From: Gemmatimonadales bacterium
GTDB lineage: Bacteria; Gemmatimonadota; Gemmatimonadetes; Gemmatimonadales; GWC2-71-9
DNA length: 64,000 bases
NCBI GenBank assembly: GCA_041613315.1
Contig: JBFJHJ010000004.1
Location: 49,931-113,930 of the forward strand
Direction of reading: 5' to 3'
Under the pieces are notes generated by a model. The model was not told the origin of the DNA. It saw only the letters and a list, made by a program, of their open reading frames with translations, and ran no database searches. The position numbers and the translations under genes are program-made. This document shows, in pieces, positions 11,164 to 21,673 of this stretch (its first letter is position 1; each line of letters starts with the position of its first letter).

Positions 11164-12975
11164 TTACGCGTGTCGGTTCAAGGTAGCTTCGGGAGCATCG
11201 GCGGGCAACCGGCCGACGTCCACTAAGTCGAGGTCTACGTACCGGGCGAGTCCCACTGCGAGCGCGCGCGTGGCCTCCGCGGTGCTCGACACGGCGAGCG
11301 CGTCATGGGCGGCCTGCTGTGCACCGTCCTGCGCGATCTGCCGCACGAGCCAGCGCATGAGCGGCAGGGCCGGCGGGGCGACGCTCAGGACCCGGTACCC
11401 CAAGCCGATCAGCAAGAACGCCGCAACCGGCTCCGACGCCATCTCGCCGCATACGCTGGTGACCACGTCCGCCCGCCGGCCCACGTCCACGATCTGCTTC
11501 AGCAGCCGCAGCACCGCCGGATGGAACGATGTAAACCGCCCGGCGAGCCGCGCGTTGCCGCGGTCCACCGCGAGCGTGTACTGCGTGAGGTCGTTGGTGC
11601 CGACGCTCAAGAAGTCGCTCCGGGCCGCCAGCTCCTCCGCGATCATCGCGGCCGCCGGCGTTTCGATCATCACGCCGATCGGCACGTCCGGCGCGGCGGG
11701 GATCCCCGCGCGGCGGAGCGCGGCCGCCTCTTCCGCCACGAGCTCCCGCGTGCGTTCGACCTCCTCGACGCCGGTGACGAGCGGCAGCATGAGCTGGATG
11801 TCCCCGTGGCGGCGCGCCCGGAGCAGCGCGCGGATCTGCGTGCGAAAGATCTCCGGCCGATCGAGACAGACGCGGATGGCCCGCCAGCCGAGGAACGGGT
11901 TCGGCTCGGGGACCGGGCGAAACGCCGCCGGGAACTTGTCACCCCCCAGGTCGTAGCTGCGCACCACCACGGGGTGATGGGCGAAGCGCTGGGCGACCCG
12001 GGTGAAGAAGCGCGCCTGCTCCTCCTCGCCCGGCATCTCGGTCCGGCCGAGGATGAGGAACTCGGTCCGCAGGAGTCCGATGCCTTCGGCGCCGTGCTCC
12101 ACCACCCCGTCCAGCTCATCCGGCAAGTCGAGGTTGCCGCGCAGCGCTACGGTCGTCCCATCGGTCGTCTTCGCCGGCTGGCCGACGGTCGCCTCCAACT
12201 CCCGCACCAGCGCCTGGCGGCGTTGCTCCCGTTCGGCGGCCTCCGCGAGCTCGGCGGGCGTGGGGTCGATCAGCACCGTGCCGCGGCCGCCGTCGAGAAT
12301 CACCTCGGCCCCGTTCCGGATCCGGTCCAGGCCGCCGACGAGGCCCATGACGCACGGGATGCCTAGACTGCGGGCGAGGATCGCGGCGTGTGAGATTCGC
12401 GTGCCCTCCTCGCTGGCAAAGGCCGCGACGTGTTCCATCTCGAGCTGCACCGTGACGCCGGGAGACAGCTCGCGCGTGAACACGATCGGCCGGCGCCGCG
12501 CCTCGTGATGGAGGAGCGATTCCACCGCCCGGCCGACGAGCTGATTGAGCACACGGACTTGCAGCCCCACGAGGTCCACGACCCGCTGCCGCAGCCGAGG
12601 GCTGGTCGACTGCGACCAGAGCGCCCGCATCTCAAGCGTCTTGAACTCGAACGCGCGTTCCGCGGTGAGCTGGTTCTCGCGAATGAGCGTCTCGACCTCC
12701 CGCAGGAAGTCCGGATCTTCGACCATCAGGATCTGGGCGTCGAAGATCTTGGCTTCCTCGGGACCGGCGCGTTCCGCGGTGCGGTGGCGAAGCTTCTCGA
12801 GGAGCGTTTGGACCGTCGCGACGGCCGCGTGCAGCCGTCGGATCTCCGCCTCGACTTCGGACGCGGCGACGGCACCACGCGTCACCTCGGGCAGGTCCCA
12901 GCGGATGACCACGGCCTGCCCGATGGCGATGCCGGGCGACACACCGACACCCCGAAGCAGCCGATCGCCGCTCAC
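11164..12975 (-). CDS. ptsI: PTS enzyme I (PEP-protein phosphotransferase)
   Basis: SHAAILARS phospho-His motif, [39 protein letters not shown] start overlaps HPr stop. Confidence 0.95.
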   Translation of the reverse strand: MSGDRLLRGVGVSPGIAIGQAVVIRWDLPEVTRGAVAASEVEAEIRRLHAAVATVQTLLEKLRHRTAERAGPEEAKIFDAQILMVEDPDFLREVETLIRENQLTAERAFEFKTLEMRALWSQSTSPRLRQRVVDLVGLQVRVLNQLVGRAVESLLHHEARRRPIVFTRELSPGVTVQLEMEHVAAFASEEGTRISHAAILARSLGIPCVMGLVGGLDRIRNGAEVILDGGRGTVLIDPTPAELAEAAEREQRRQALVRELEATVGQPAKTTDGTTVALRGNLDLPDELDGVVEHGAEGIGLLRTEFLILGRTEMPGEEEQARFFTRVAQRFAHHPVVVRSYDLGGDKFPAAFRPVPEPNPFLGWRAIRVCLDRPEIFRTQIRALLRARRHGDIQLMLPLVTGVEEVERTRELVAEEAAALRRAGIPAAPDVPIGVMIETPAAAMIAEELAARSDFLSVGTNDLTQYTLAVDRGNARLAGRFTSFHPAVLRLLKQIVDVGRRADVVTSVCGEMASEPVAAFLLIGLGYRVLSVAPPALPLMRWLVRQIAQDGAQQAAHDALAVSSTAEATRALAVGLARYVDLDLVDVGRLPADAPEATLNRHA

Positions 12976-13250
12976 GCGTCTGCCTCCTTGCGTTTCTTGA
13001 TCAGACACTCCAGCAGCGCCGCGACGGCCTCCTCCGCGTCGTCCCCGTCGGCCCGGATCGTGAGCGTGCTGCCGTGCTCCGCGGCGAGTGTGACCACGCC
13101 CATGATGCTCTTCGCGTTCACCCACTGCCCGTCTTTCCCGACCGTGATCTCGGAGCTGAACCGCCCCGCGACCTTCACGAACTCGGCCGCCGGCCGCAGA
13201 TGCATGCCCAGCTTGTTGGCCACCGTGACCGACTGTTCGACTACGGCCAT
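12972..13250 (-). CDS. ptsH: Phosphocarrier protein HPr
   Basis: GMHLRPA (His15) and NAKSIMGV (Ser46). Confidence 0.95.
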   Translation of the reverse strand: MAVVEQSVTVANKLGMHLRPAAEFVKVAGRFSSEITVGKDGQWVNAKSIMGVVTLAAEHGSTLTIRADGDDAEEAVAALLECLIKKRKEADA

Positions 13251-13981
13251 ACCCACCCCAGGAGCAGGGCCGCGAACGCCGCGGCCAGGCCGAAACGCAG
13301 TCCGCCCAGAATCGGCGCGACCCACCGGAGCAGCACGATCCCGAGCGCCGCCACCACCCCGACACCCAACCGCGGCCCCATCCCGAGGTCCGCGACAATC
13401 CAGTCCGTCGCGACCGGGAGCGCCACGCCCACGGCGATGCCGGCCACCGGGCCCGCCACGCGGAGGCCCGCCCGCAGTCCCGCAGCCGTGAGCGCCCGCG
13501 CCACGCCGGTGCCCTGGCGCCAGCCCGCGGCAAGTCCCCAGGTTCGGAGCGTCAGGTGCACGAGATTGTACGCGACGAAGAACGTGACCGCCCCGACCAC
13601 GGGCGACGCCATGCCGGCGACGACGAGCCCGACCGCCACCAGCGCCGGCAGCGCACCGGCCCAGATGAGACGATCGCCCAGCGAGCCGAGCGGCCCGATG
13701 AGCGCCCCGCGGAGCCGCCGCACCTGGTCCTCCGTGACCCCGTCGTGCTCGGCCCGGGCGAGCGCTCCGACCGCGAGGCCCACGAGGTACGGGTGGGCGT
13801 TGAAGTACCCGGCCGCGCGTGCGAGCGCCGCGCGAAACCGTTCGCCGCGCGGGCCGCCGGGCAGTCGCCGCAGCCGCGGCTCGCTGGCGCGGGCCGCCCC
13901 CACGCCAAGCATGCGCTCGTAGTTCCATGCGGCCTGGACGGTGAACAGCCGCAGCCACGACCGGAGGACCGCGGCGTTCAC
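13241..13981 (-). CDS. PTS mannose/fructose/sorbose family IID component
   Basis: QAAWNYERM, YFNAHP, IGPLGSLGDRLIW. Confidence 0.9.
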   Translation of the reverse strand: MNAAVLRSWLRLFTVQAAWNYERMLGVGAARASEPRLRRLPGGPRGERFRAALARAAGYFNAHPYLVGLAVGALARAEHDGVTEDQVRRLRGALIGPLGSLGDRLIWAGALPALVAVGLVVAGMASPVVGAVTFFVAYNLVHLTLRTWGLAAGWRQGTGVARALTAAGLRAGLRVAGPVAGIAVGVALPVATDWIVADLGMGPRLGVGVVAALGIVLLRWVAPILGGLRFGLAAAFAALLLGWVWP

Positions 13982-14646
13982 CGGAGCACCACCACAGCCA
14001 CGCCCCCCACCAGGCCGAGGACGACCCACCCGAGCTTGAGGCCCCGCCCGGTCAACTGCACCGCGCCCGTCGCGCCGACGCCGGCGCCCGCGCCGACGAG
14101 CACGACCGTGAGGAGCACCGCTCCACCCACACTCACCGGGGGCCACCGGGATGCCGCACCTGCGATCGCGAGGCCGGCGACCGCGACCACCGCCGCGCGC
14201 ACCGCGTCGCGCACGAGACCGCGACAATGGAGCGCCGCGATCGTGCGCCCGTCGCCTCGGTCCAACTCGTCCTGATGCCGTCGCACGTCGCGCGTGTTCG
14301 CGCGCCGAACGCTCTGGATCCCGACCTCAGCGAGGTACGCGACCGCGAGCCCGACCAGGATGGCGAGCCCCAACCCCAGGGCGCGGGGCGCGCCCGCCGC
14401 CGTGACCGCGGCGGCGACGGCGCCCTGGCCATAGTCCGGGATCCGGGCGCCTCCGACCGGAAGCACCTCCAGCGCGAACAGCTCCAACGCGGCCCCGACC
14501 AACCCTCCGGCCAGAGGGTCGCCCACGATCAGGCCGGCAACGGTGCCCGCGACGATCGGCCGGGCGATCATGACCTGGGCGACGCTCACCAGGTCGAGCC
14601 CAACCAGCGTGCTCCAGGCCACGAGCCAGACCATTTCGAGGGTCAC
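13978..14646 (-). CDS. PTS mannose family IIC component
   Basis: MIARPIVAGTVAGLIVGD...GAALEL...PVGGARIPD; multi-TM. Confidence 0.88.
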   Translation of the reverse strand: MTLEMVWLVAWSTLVGLDLVSVAQVMIARPIVAGTVAGLIVGDPLAGGLVGAALELFALEVLPVGGARIPDYGQGAVAAAVTAAGAPRALGLGLAILVGLAVAYLAEVGIQSVRRANTRDVRRHQDELDRGDGRTIAALHCRGLVRDAVRAAVVAVAGLAIAGAASRWPPVSVGGAVLLTVVLVGAGAGVGATGAVQLTGRGLKLGWVVLGLVGGVAVVVLR

Positions 14647-15116
14647 AGCAGCTCCTTCAACGGTACCGGGCGGGCGTTGGGGACGTCCTGCGCCGTCACG
14701 CGCACGCCGCCCTCGCTCAACCGTCGCAGCGTGCGGGCCTCGTCGTCCGACAGGTAGACGTACGCCAGCCGCTCGGTGCGCCCCTGGCCGTTATGGACGC
14801 CGCCCAGGTTGACCGCACGGAGGTCCGGCGCGCCCTCGCACAGCCGCGCCGCCGTCCGCACGCTCCCCATGAGCAGCAGGACGCGCTCGCGGCCCGTCGC
14901 CCATTCGGCGAAGCGCCGCACCGCCTCATCCTCGCTGACGATGGAGACCGCGAGGCCGGGCGGGACCCCCAAGATGCAGAGCTCGCGTTCCATGGTGTTC
15001 GACGCCACGGCGTCGTCCACCAGCACGATGCGATCCGCCCTGAGGGACTGCACCCATCCGACGACGACCTGGCCGTGAATGAGGCGGTCGTCCACCCGCG
15101 TGAGCACGATGCTCAC
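14643..15116 (-). CDS. PTS mannose family IIB component
   Basis: RVDDRLIHGQVV phospho-His motif, VNLGG. Confidence 0.92.
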   Translation of the reverse strand: MSIVLTRVDDRLIHGQVVVGWVQSLRADRIVLVDDAVASNTMERELCILGVPPGLAVSIVSEDEAVRRFAEWATGRERVLLLMGSVRTAARLCEGAPDLRAVNLGGVHNGQGRTERLAYVYLSDDEARTLRRLSEGGVRVTAQDVPNARPVPLKELL

Positions 15117-15493
15117 GGCTCGATCATCCGGATCGCCTGGCCACCGGCCTGGGCCGCGCGCTCCGCCGCCTCAGCGGCTGGCAGGTCGCGGTGAAAGACG
15201 AAGTCCAGCAGCATCGGCAGGTTGACGCCCGAGACGACGACGAGGCCGGAGCGCGAGCGCAGCTCGGTGACGGCTGCCTGCAGGCAGCTGCCGGCGTGCA
15301 TGTCCACGAACAGCACCGCGGGGCCGGTGCCGACCGCCGCCGCCAGCCGCGCGAGCAACGTCTCGCGGCTGGCGCCGGCGTTGCTCACGGCCACGAGCCC
15401 CGCGACGTCGCCGGTGATCGCCTGGACCGCGTCCACCAGGGCCTGGCACAGCCCCCCGTGGGAGACCACGACGCCCCGGAGCCCTTCACTCAT
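15113..15493 (-). CDS. PTS mannose family IIA component
   Basis: VVVSHG phospho-His motif, GVNLPML. Confidence 0.9.
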   Translation of the reverse strand: MSEGLRGVVVSHGGLCQALVDAVQAITGDVAGLVAVSNAGASRETLLARLAAAVGTGPAVLFVDMHAGSCLQAAVTELRSRSGLVVVSGVNLPMLLDFVFHRDLPAAEAAERAAQAGGQAIRMIEP

Positions 15494-16454
15494 AGTCCTG
15501 CGAGAGGTACTCCCGGAGCTCGGCCTGCTGCGCCATCCGCTGGAGGAGCCGCTCGTTGAACGCGCGCGCCGCGTCGACGCCGCTGTAGCGGAGGAGGTGG
15601 TTCATCGCCACCACCTCACAGATCACGGTGAGATTCTTGCCGGGGTTGAGCGGGATGGCGACGAGCGGCAACGGGACGTTCAGGATCGTCGTCGTCTTGG
15701 CGTCCAGCCCCGTCCGGTCGTACTCCCGCCCGCTGTCCCAGTCGGTCAGCTCCACGACCACTTCGATGCGCTTTTGCTGACGCACCGCCCGCACGCCGAA
15801 CAGCGCCATCACGTCCACCAGACCCACGCCGCGTATCTCCATGTAGCGATGGGCGAGCTCGTGCGCGCGGCCCAGCAACACATCGGTGCCGCGGTGCGTG
15901 ATGTGCACCACGTCGTCGGCGACCAGCCGATGCCCCCGCTCCACGAGGTCCAGGACGCACTCGCTCTTGCCGATCCCGGAGCGCCCGATGAACAGGAGGC
16001 CCACGCCGTACACGTCGGCGAGCGACCCGTGCACCTGCGTGTTCGGCGAGAACACCTCGGTCAGGTAGGGATTGAGGCGCCGGTAGAACTCGGCGGTCTT
16101 GAGCTCCGAGCGGATGATCGGCACGCCGCGCGCTTTGGCGCACTTGAGCAACTCCCGCGGCACCGACTGGCCCTTGGTGACGAACACGCAGGGCATCTCG
16201 TAGCTCATGAACGTTTCGAGCGAGCGGCGCCGCTCGTCGCCGCTCAGCGACTTGAGGTACGAGATCTCGGTCTCGCCCAGGGCGTGCATGCGCTGCGTGG
16301 AGAACCGCGCCGTATAGCCGGCCAGCACCAGTCCGGGGCTGGAGACCTCGGGCACGCTGATCATCCGGTCGAGGCCATCCTCGCCGGCCAGGACTTCCAG
16401 CTGGAGCGACTCGCCCTTGCGTTCCAGCAGATCGCGGACGGTGAGACCGCTCAT
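15486..16454 (-). CDS. hprK: HPr kinase/phosphorylase
   Basis: GRSGIGKSE Walker A, GHRLVADD, MEIRGVGLVDV. Confidence 0.96.
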   Translation of the reverse strand: MSGLTVRDLLERKGESLQLEVLAGEDGLDRMISVPEVSSPGLVLAGYTARFSTQRMHALGETEISYLKSLSGDERRRSLETFMSYEMPCVFVTKGQSVPRELLKCAKARGVPIIRSELKTAEFYRRLNPYLTEVFSPNTQVHGSLADVYGVGLLFIGRSGIGKSECVLDLVERGHRLVADDVVHITHRGTDVLLGRAHELAHRYMEIRGVGLVDVMALFGVRAVRQQKRIEVVVELTDWDSGREYDRTGLDAKTTTILNVPLPLVAIPLNPGKNLTVICEVVAMNHLLRYSGVDAARAFNERLLQRMAQQAELREYLSQDYE

Positions 16455-16461
16455 GGTGGCG

Positions 16462-16764
16462 CTACTCCGATACCGACCGGCGGGCCGCCGGCCCCGGGGC
16501 CTTGTCGAGCTGATTGCGCAGCTTGGCCGCCGCGCTATCGAGCGCCGAACGGAAATCATCGGCCTCGGCACTCGCGATCTTCACCTCACGCCGCGGCAGA
16601 TAGAGCTGCAGCTCGACCACCTTCCGCCCATGGTCCGCGTCGAACACGACCTCGGCGCGCTGCGGCCGATGTGCCGCCTTCGCGACCTTCTCCACGACCT
16701 CCAGCGCCCGAGCCTTGAGCTCGTCGGAGATCTCGCAGTGCCGTGCCGTCACCAGCATCCGCAT
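16462..16764 (-). CDS. hpf: Ribosome hibernation factor HPF/RaiA (short form)
   Basis: MRMLVTARHCEIS...ADDFRSALDSAAAKLRNQL; ~100 aa, upstream of hprK. Confidence 0.8.
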   Translation of the reverse strand: MRMLVTARHCEISDELKARALEVVEKVAKAAHRPQRAEVVFDADHGRKVVELQLYLPRREVKIASAEADDFRSALDSAAAKLRNQLDKAPGPAARRSVSE

Positions 16765-16769
16765 GAGTT

Positions 16770-17897
16770 TCACTCCTTTCGGCCTGCGTGCAACCGGACG
16801 GTGTCCGCCAGGTGCGCCTCCGTGGCGGCGGCCGCCGCGTCCCAGGAGAATTGCTCGGCGAACCGCCGCGCCGCCCGCCCGTAGGTCTGGACGGCGGCGG
16901 GGCCCTCGGCGAACCGCTGCATCGCCGCGGCCAGGGGCTCCGGATCGCCGAACGGCACGAGCACGCCGGTCTCGCCGTGCCGCACCGACTCCCGCAGCCC
17001 CGGGCTGTCCGCGGCGATCGCGGGCGTGCCGCAGGCCGCCGCCTCCACGTTGGTCATCCCCCATCCCTCCTTGGCCGATGGGAAGACGACGGCCCACGCG
17101 CGGCGGAACAGCTCCCGTTTGTCGGTTTCGTTCACGTAGCCCAGAAAACGCGTCGCTCCACCGACGCCGAGGCGCGCGGCGAGCTGCTCCAGTCGCGGCC
17201 GCTCGTCGCCGTCTCCTGCGATGTCGAGCCGGACCTCGTGCCCGCGCGCGCGGGCGAGCGCGAGGGCGCGGAGCGCGGTGTCCACCCCTTTATAACGCTT
17301 GAGCCGGCCGACGTACAGGAACGTCGGTGCGTCGGCGCGTCGCACCGCGTCGTCCGGCGTGTACCACGCCGCATCGACACCGGGAAAGATGACACGAACC
17401 GCCTCCGGCGCGACGCCGCGGCGCACCAGGTCGTCGCGCGTGCTCGTGCTGATCGCGTGAAACGCGGCCCGCCGGTAGACGCGGGGGAGCGGCCGCTCCG
17501 CCAGCCAGACGACCGCGGCGACGGGCCACGACGCCTCCCGAAAGGCCGTGGCGCCGAAGAGATGCGGCACGACGACGTACATCGGCAGGTCGGTCACGGT
17601 CGGGAGGAAGAGCGGCAGCTTATTGACGTCCTCCACGACGACCTCGTAGCGCCCCTCCGCCAGCGCGCGGCGCACGGCGCCGCGGCCCTTGAGCGCGAAG
17701 CTGTGGCGTCCGCCCACCCGCCGCACCGTGATCCCCTGTACCACACCATCAGGCGGTCCGCCGCGCCATCCCGAGCAGACCAGAGTGATCTCATGCCCGC
17801 GGGCCGCCAGCCGGCCGAAGAGCTCGAAGAAGTGGATCTCCGCACCGCCCGCCTGCGGATGCTCGCGGTCCATCCAGTTCACGGCGAGCACCTTCAC
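16770..17897 (-). CDS. Glycosyltransferase family 4
   Basis: HPQAGGAE, YVGRLKRYKG, EGWGMTNVEAAACGTP (E-x7-E). Confidence 0.9.
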   Translation of the reverse strand: MKVLAVNWMDREHPQAGGAEIHFFELFGRLAARGHEITLVCSGWRGGPPDGVVQGITVRRVGGRHSFALKGRGAVRRALAEGRYEVVVEDVNKLPLFLPTVTDLPMYVVVPHLFGATAFREASWPVAAVVWLAERPLPRVYRRAAFHAISTSTRDDLVRRGVAPEAVRVIFPGVDAAWYTPDDAVRRADAPTFLYVGRLKRYKGVDTALRALALARARGHEVRLDIAGDGDERPRLEQLAARLGVGGATRFLGYVNETDKRELFRRAWAVVFPSAKEGWGMTNVEAAACGTPAIAADSPGLRESVRHGETGVLVPFGDPEPLAAAMQRFAEGPAAVQTYGRAARRFAEQFSWDAAAAATEAHLADTVRLHAGRKE

Positions 17898-18307
17898 AGT
17901 CGGCCCGCCCGCCGCGCGAGGGCGTCGAGCACGCCGTTCACGAACGCGGGCGCCTTGGGCCCCGCGAACCGGTGCGCGAGCCCGACCGCCTCGCTGATCG
18001 CCACCTTCACGGGGACGGCCGTGCCGAGCACCTCGTGGAGACCGAGCCGGAGGATGTTCCGCTCGATCACGCCGATGCGCTCGAAGCGCCAGTGATGGGC
18101 GGCCGCGGTGATCTGGGCGTCGAGCGTGGCGACGTCGGCCGCCACCGACGCCGCGAGCGGCTCCGCGCCCTCGAGGGCGGCGCGACAGCCCGGGTGCCGG
18201 GCGACCAGCGCCGACGTCACGGCCGCCACCGACGGCCGGCCCTGCAGCTCCCACGCATACAGGAGTTGCAGGGCGCGTGCCCGGGCCTTGGTCTCAGTCC
18301 TGAGCAC
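17894..18307 (-). CDS. nusB: Transcription antitermination factor NusB
   Basis: ARARALQLLY, IERNILRL, VAISEAVGLAHRF, FVNGVLD; follows ribH. Confidence 0.93.
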   Translation of the reverse strand: MLRTETKARARALQLLYAWELQGRPSVAAVTSALVARHPGCRAALEGAEPLAASVAADVATLDAQITAAAHHWRFERIGVIERNILRLGLHEVLGTAVPVKVAISEAVGLAHRFAGPKAPAFVNGVLDALARRAGRL

Positions 18308-18776
18308 GCCCGTCGAAGCGGGCGAGGACCTCGACGGTCGCCAGCGCCGCCTCGGCCGCCTCCGTGCCCTTGTTCCCCGCGTCGCCGCCGGCGCGCGCGA
18401 GGGCCTGTTCCAGCGTGTCACACGTGAGGAGCCCGAACCCGACGGGCACGCCGAACCGTTGGGCGGCGTCGCTCAGGCTGTTCGTCGCGGCACCGGCGAC
18501 GTACTCGAAGTGCGGGGTCTCGCCACGGATCACGGCCCCCAGGGCCACGGCCAGGGCGTAGCGGCCGGTGCCGAGTCCGCGATGGACGGCCACGCCGAGC
18601 TCGAACGCCCCCGGCACCCAGAGCACGTCCACGGCTTGGGCGTCGTATCCGCCGCGGGCGAGCGCCGTCGTGGCCCCCTCGAGCAGGCGCCGGGTCACGC
18701 CCTCGTTGAACCGGCTGACGACGACGAGCGCGCGCCCGCCGGGACGCACGGATGAGGAGCCACTGCCGGCCGCCAT
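18294..18776 (-). CDS. ribH: 6,7-dimethyl-8-ribityllumazine synthase
   Basis: SRFN, VPGAFEL, GAVIRGETPHFEYV, GNKGTEAA. Confidence 0.95.
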   Translation of the reverse strand: MAAGSGSSSVRPGGRALVVVSRFNEGVTRRLLEGATTALARGGYDAQAVDVLWVPGAFELGVAVHRGLGTGRYALAVALGAVIRGETPHFEYVAGAATNSLSDAAQRFGVPVGFGLLTCDTLEQALARAGGDAGNKGTEAAEAALATVEVLARFDGRAQD

Positions 18777-18777
18777 G

Positions 18778-19983
18778 TCAGTGGTCGAGGAGGTGCCCGA
18801 GCTTGTCGCGCTTGACGTCGAGGTAGGCCCGATTGTCGCGGGTGGGGTCGGGCACGATGGGCACCCGATCCACGATCTCGAGGCCATACCCGTCGAGCCC
18901 GACCAGCTTGCGCGGGTTGTTGGTCAGGACTCGGATGGACGTCAGCCCCTGGTCCATGAGGATCTGGGCGCCGATGCCGTAGTTTCGCAGATCCGGCGCG
19001 AACCCGAGACGGGCGTTCGCCTCCACGGTGTCGTGCCCCGCGTCCTGCAGCTCGTAGGCTTTGAGCTTGTTGAGCAGCCCGATGCCGCGGCCTTCTTGAT
19101 CCAGATAGACCACGACCCCGGCGCCGGCGTCGGCGATCGCCTTCATCGCGCTCTGGAGCTGCCAGCCGCAGTCACAGCGATGCGAGCCGAACACGTCGCC
19201 GGTCAGGCACTTGGAGTGCATCCGGACCAGCACCCCTTTGCGGCCCCGCACCTCGCCGAACACGAGCGCCACGTGCTCCGCATCGTCCACATCGTTGCGG
19301 TAGCCGATCACGCGAAACTCGCCGAACGGCGTGGGGAGCCGCGCTTCGGCCACGCGGTGCACGAGGCGCTCGTTCTGGAGCCGGTAGGCGACGAGCTGCG
19401 CCACCGTCACGAAGGCGAGTCGGTGTCGCTCGGCGAACGCCACGAGCGCGTCGCGCCGCATCATGGTGCCGTCCTCCGCCAAGATCTCGCAGATCACGCC
19501 GGCCGGGTACAGGCCGGCGAGCCGCGCGAGGTCCATGCTGGCCTCGGTCTGGCCGACGCGCTGGAGCACGCCGCCCGGGCGGGCGCGGAGCGGGAAGATG
19601 TGTCCCGGCCGCTTGAGATCGCTGGGCACGGTCGCCGGGTCGATTGCCACCTGGATGGTCTTCGCGCGGTCGGCCGCCGAGATCCCCGTGGTAACGCCGA
19701 ACCGCTTCGCGGCATCGATGCTCACCGTGAAGGCGGTCTCGTTCGACTCCGTATTTTCCTCGGCCATCTGCGGCAGGCCCAGGGCCCGGCACCGCTCCGG
19801 CATGAGCGTCAGGCAGATGAGCCCCCGCCCGTGCGTGGCCATGAAATTGATCATCGCGGGGGTCACCCGTTCCGCCGCGCCGATCAAATCGCCTTCGTTC
19901 TCCCGGTCCTCGTCGTCGGCGACGATCACGAGCTCGCCGGCCCGGATGTCCTGGATCGCCCGTTCGATGGTGTCGAATCGCAT
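18778..19983 (-). CDS. ribBA: Bifunctional DHBP synthase / GTP cyclohydrolase II
   Basis: DDEDRENEGD, RMHSKCLTGDVFGSHRCDCG, QEGRGIGL, TNNPRK. Confidence 0.96.
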   Translation of the reverse strand: MRFDTIERAIQDIRAGELVIVADDEDRENEGDLIGAAERVTPAMINFMATHGRGLICLTLMPERCRALGLPQMAEENTESNETAFTVSIDAAKRFGVTTGISAADRAKTIQVAIDPATVPSDLKRPGHIFPLRARPGGVLQRVGQTEASMDLARLAGLYPAGVICEILAEDGTMMRRDALVAFAERHRLAFVTVAQLVAYRLQNERLVHRVAEARLPTPFGEFRVIGYRNDVDDAEHVALVFGEVRGRKGVLVRMHSKCLTGDVFGSHRCDCGWQLQSAMKAIADAGAGVVVYLDQEGRGIGLLNKLKAYELQDAGHDTVEANARLGFAPDLRNYGIGAQILMDQGLTSIRVLTNNPRKLVGLDGYGLEIVDRVPIVPDPTRDNRAYLDVKRDKLGHLLDH

Positions 19984-19993
19984 TGCGTCCGTT

Positions 19994-20581
19994 TTACCGC
20001 CCTTCCATCATCTGCCTCACATACTTCCCGATCACGTCCGCTTCCACGTGGACGCGCGCGCCGGGAGTGAGGCGTCCCAGCGTCGTGTGATCCCGGGTAT
20101 AGGGGATGAGCGACACCTCTACAATGCCGGGGGCGGGCAGCGCGTTCACCGTGAGGCTCACCCCGTCCACGGTGATCGAGCCATGGAGCACCGCGATCTG
20201 CGCCGCCTCGGGCGGCACGGCGATCACCACCAGCAGCGCGTCCTCGTCCTGGCGGACCGCCCGTACCTCGCCCACGCCGTCCACGTGTCCCTGTACGAGG
20301 TGGCCTCCGAAGCGGTCGCCGACGGCCATCGCCCGCTCCAGGTTCACCCGCTGGCCCGGCGTCGCTTCGTCGAACAACGTGCGGCCGCGCGTGGTAACCA
20401 CCGCCTCCACGGTGAACCTGCCGTTCCGAACGGCGGTCACCGTCAGGCACGCGCCGTTCACGGCGACGCTCTCGCCGACGGCGAGATCGTCGTACGGCGC
20501 CTCGATCGTCAGAGCGAGCGCCCGGTCGGTGCGCTCGACCGAGCGCACCGTGCCGCACGCGGTCACAATCCCCGTAAACAT
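19994..20581 (-). CDS. ribE: Riboflavin synthase alpha chain
   Basis: MFTGIV start, SVAVNGACLT, VNLERAM, GGHLVQGHVD. Confidence 0.95.
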   Translation of the reverse strand: MFTGIVTACGTVRSVERTDRALALTIEAPYDDLAVGESVAVNGACLTVTAVRNGRFTVEAVVTTRGRTLFDEATPGQRVNLERAMAVGDRFGGHLVQGHVDGVGEVRAVRQDEDALLVVIAVPPEAAQIAVLHGSITVDGVSLTVNALPAPGIVEVSLIPYTRDHTTLGRLTPGARVHVEADVIGKYVRQMMEGR

Positions 20582-21648
20582 AGCTCTCGGTCTACTACGA
20601 GTAATGTATCCTGGCCGAGTGCGCGGCGCTCCGTGACGACCCAGCGGGGGGCGGCGCCCAGGGGCCAGGCCTTCTGAGCCGGAAAGGCCGGCGTCCCCTG
20701 GCCGAGCCAGATCGGCGCTTGGAGCCAGTAGACGCGGTCCACGAGCCCGGCAGCGAGGAGGGCGCCGGCGATCGTCCCGCCGCCTTCCACGAGGATCGAG
20801 CCGACGCCCGCGTCGCGGAGCGCCCGGAGGCCCTGGGCGAGCCCCTCCGCGGCCACGACCTTGACCCCGGTCTTGGCCAGGGCCGCCTCCGCCCCGTCCC
20901 GGGCCGCGGGCTCCGTGAGCAGGACGGTCGGGGTCTCCCGGGCCGTGCGGACGAGCCGGAGCCGCTCGGGCAGCCGTCCGCTCCGGGCGAACACGATGCG
21001 GGTCGGGGTGACGCGCGGTGTCACGCTTCCCCGCACGGTGAGGCGCGGGTCGTCTCGTTCCGCCGTCGCCCGGCCGATCCCGATCGCGTCGTAGCCGGCC
21101 CGAAGCCAGTGGACGAACTGACGGCCCTCCTCGCCGGAGATCCACTGGGAGCGCCCGCCCGAGTCGGCGATGAAGCCGTCCAAGGACGTCGCGACCTTGA
21201 GCGCCACGAACGGCCGCTCCGCCCGGCATACGGACCAGAGAAACGCGGCATTGAGCGCGGCCGCGGCCTCGGCCAGGACGCCGCCTTCGACGTCGATCCC
21301 CGCCTCGCGCAGCCGCTGGGCACCCCCCCGGCCGACCGGATGGGGATCGGCGATCGCGTAGACCACGCGTCCGACGTGAGCGGCGATGAGCGCGTCCACG
21401 CAGGGCGGGGTCTTCCCGTGTTGCGCACAGGGCTCGAGGGTCACGACGCACGTCGCACCGCGTGGGTCTTGGCACGCCGCGAGCGCCGCCCGCTCGGCGT
21501 GGTCCCGCCCAAACTCCGCATGGTAGCCCTGCGCCACCACCTCACCACCCTTGAGCAGCACGGCGCCGACCATCGGATTGGGGGCCACCTGGCCCCACCC
21601 CTTCCGGGCGAGCGTCAGGGCGCGGGCCATCGCTTCTTGTTCGGTCAT
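20563..21648 (-). CDS. ribD: Riboflavin biosynthesis deaminase/reductase RibD
   Basis: PNPMVGAV, HAE, TLEPCAQHGKTPPC, SLDG, VEGG. Confidence 0.95.
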   Translation of the reverse strand: MTEQEAMARALTLARKGWGQVAPNPMVGAVLLKGGEVVAQGYHAEFGRDHAERAALAACQDPRGATCVVTLEPCAQHGKTPPCVDALIAAHVGRVVYAIADPHPVGRGGAQRLREAGIDVEGGVLAEAAAALNAAFLWSVCRAERPFVALKVATSLDGFIADSGGRSQWISGEEGRQFVHWLRAGYDAIGIGRATAERDDPRLTVRGSVTPRVTPTRIVFARSGRLPERLRLVRTARETPTVLLTEPAARDGAEAALAKTGVKVVAAEGLAQGLRALRDAGVGSILVEGGGTIAGALLAAGLVDRVYWLQAPIWLGQGTPAFPAQKAWPLGAAPRWVVTERRALGQDTLLVVDRELCLRGL

Positions 21649-21673
21649 GGGGAATTCGGCGTCCGGTTGAGCC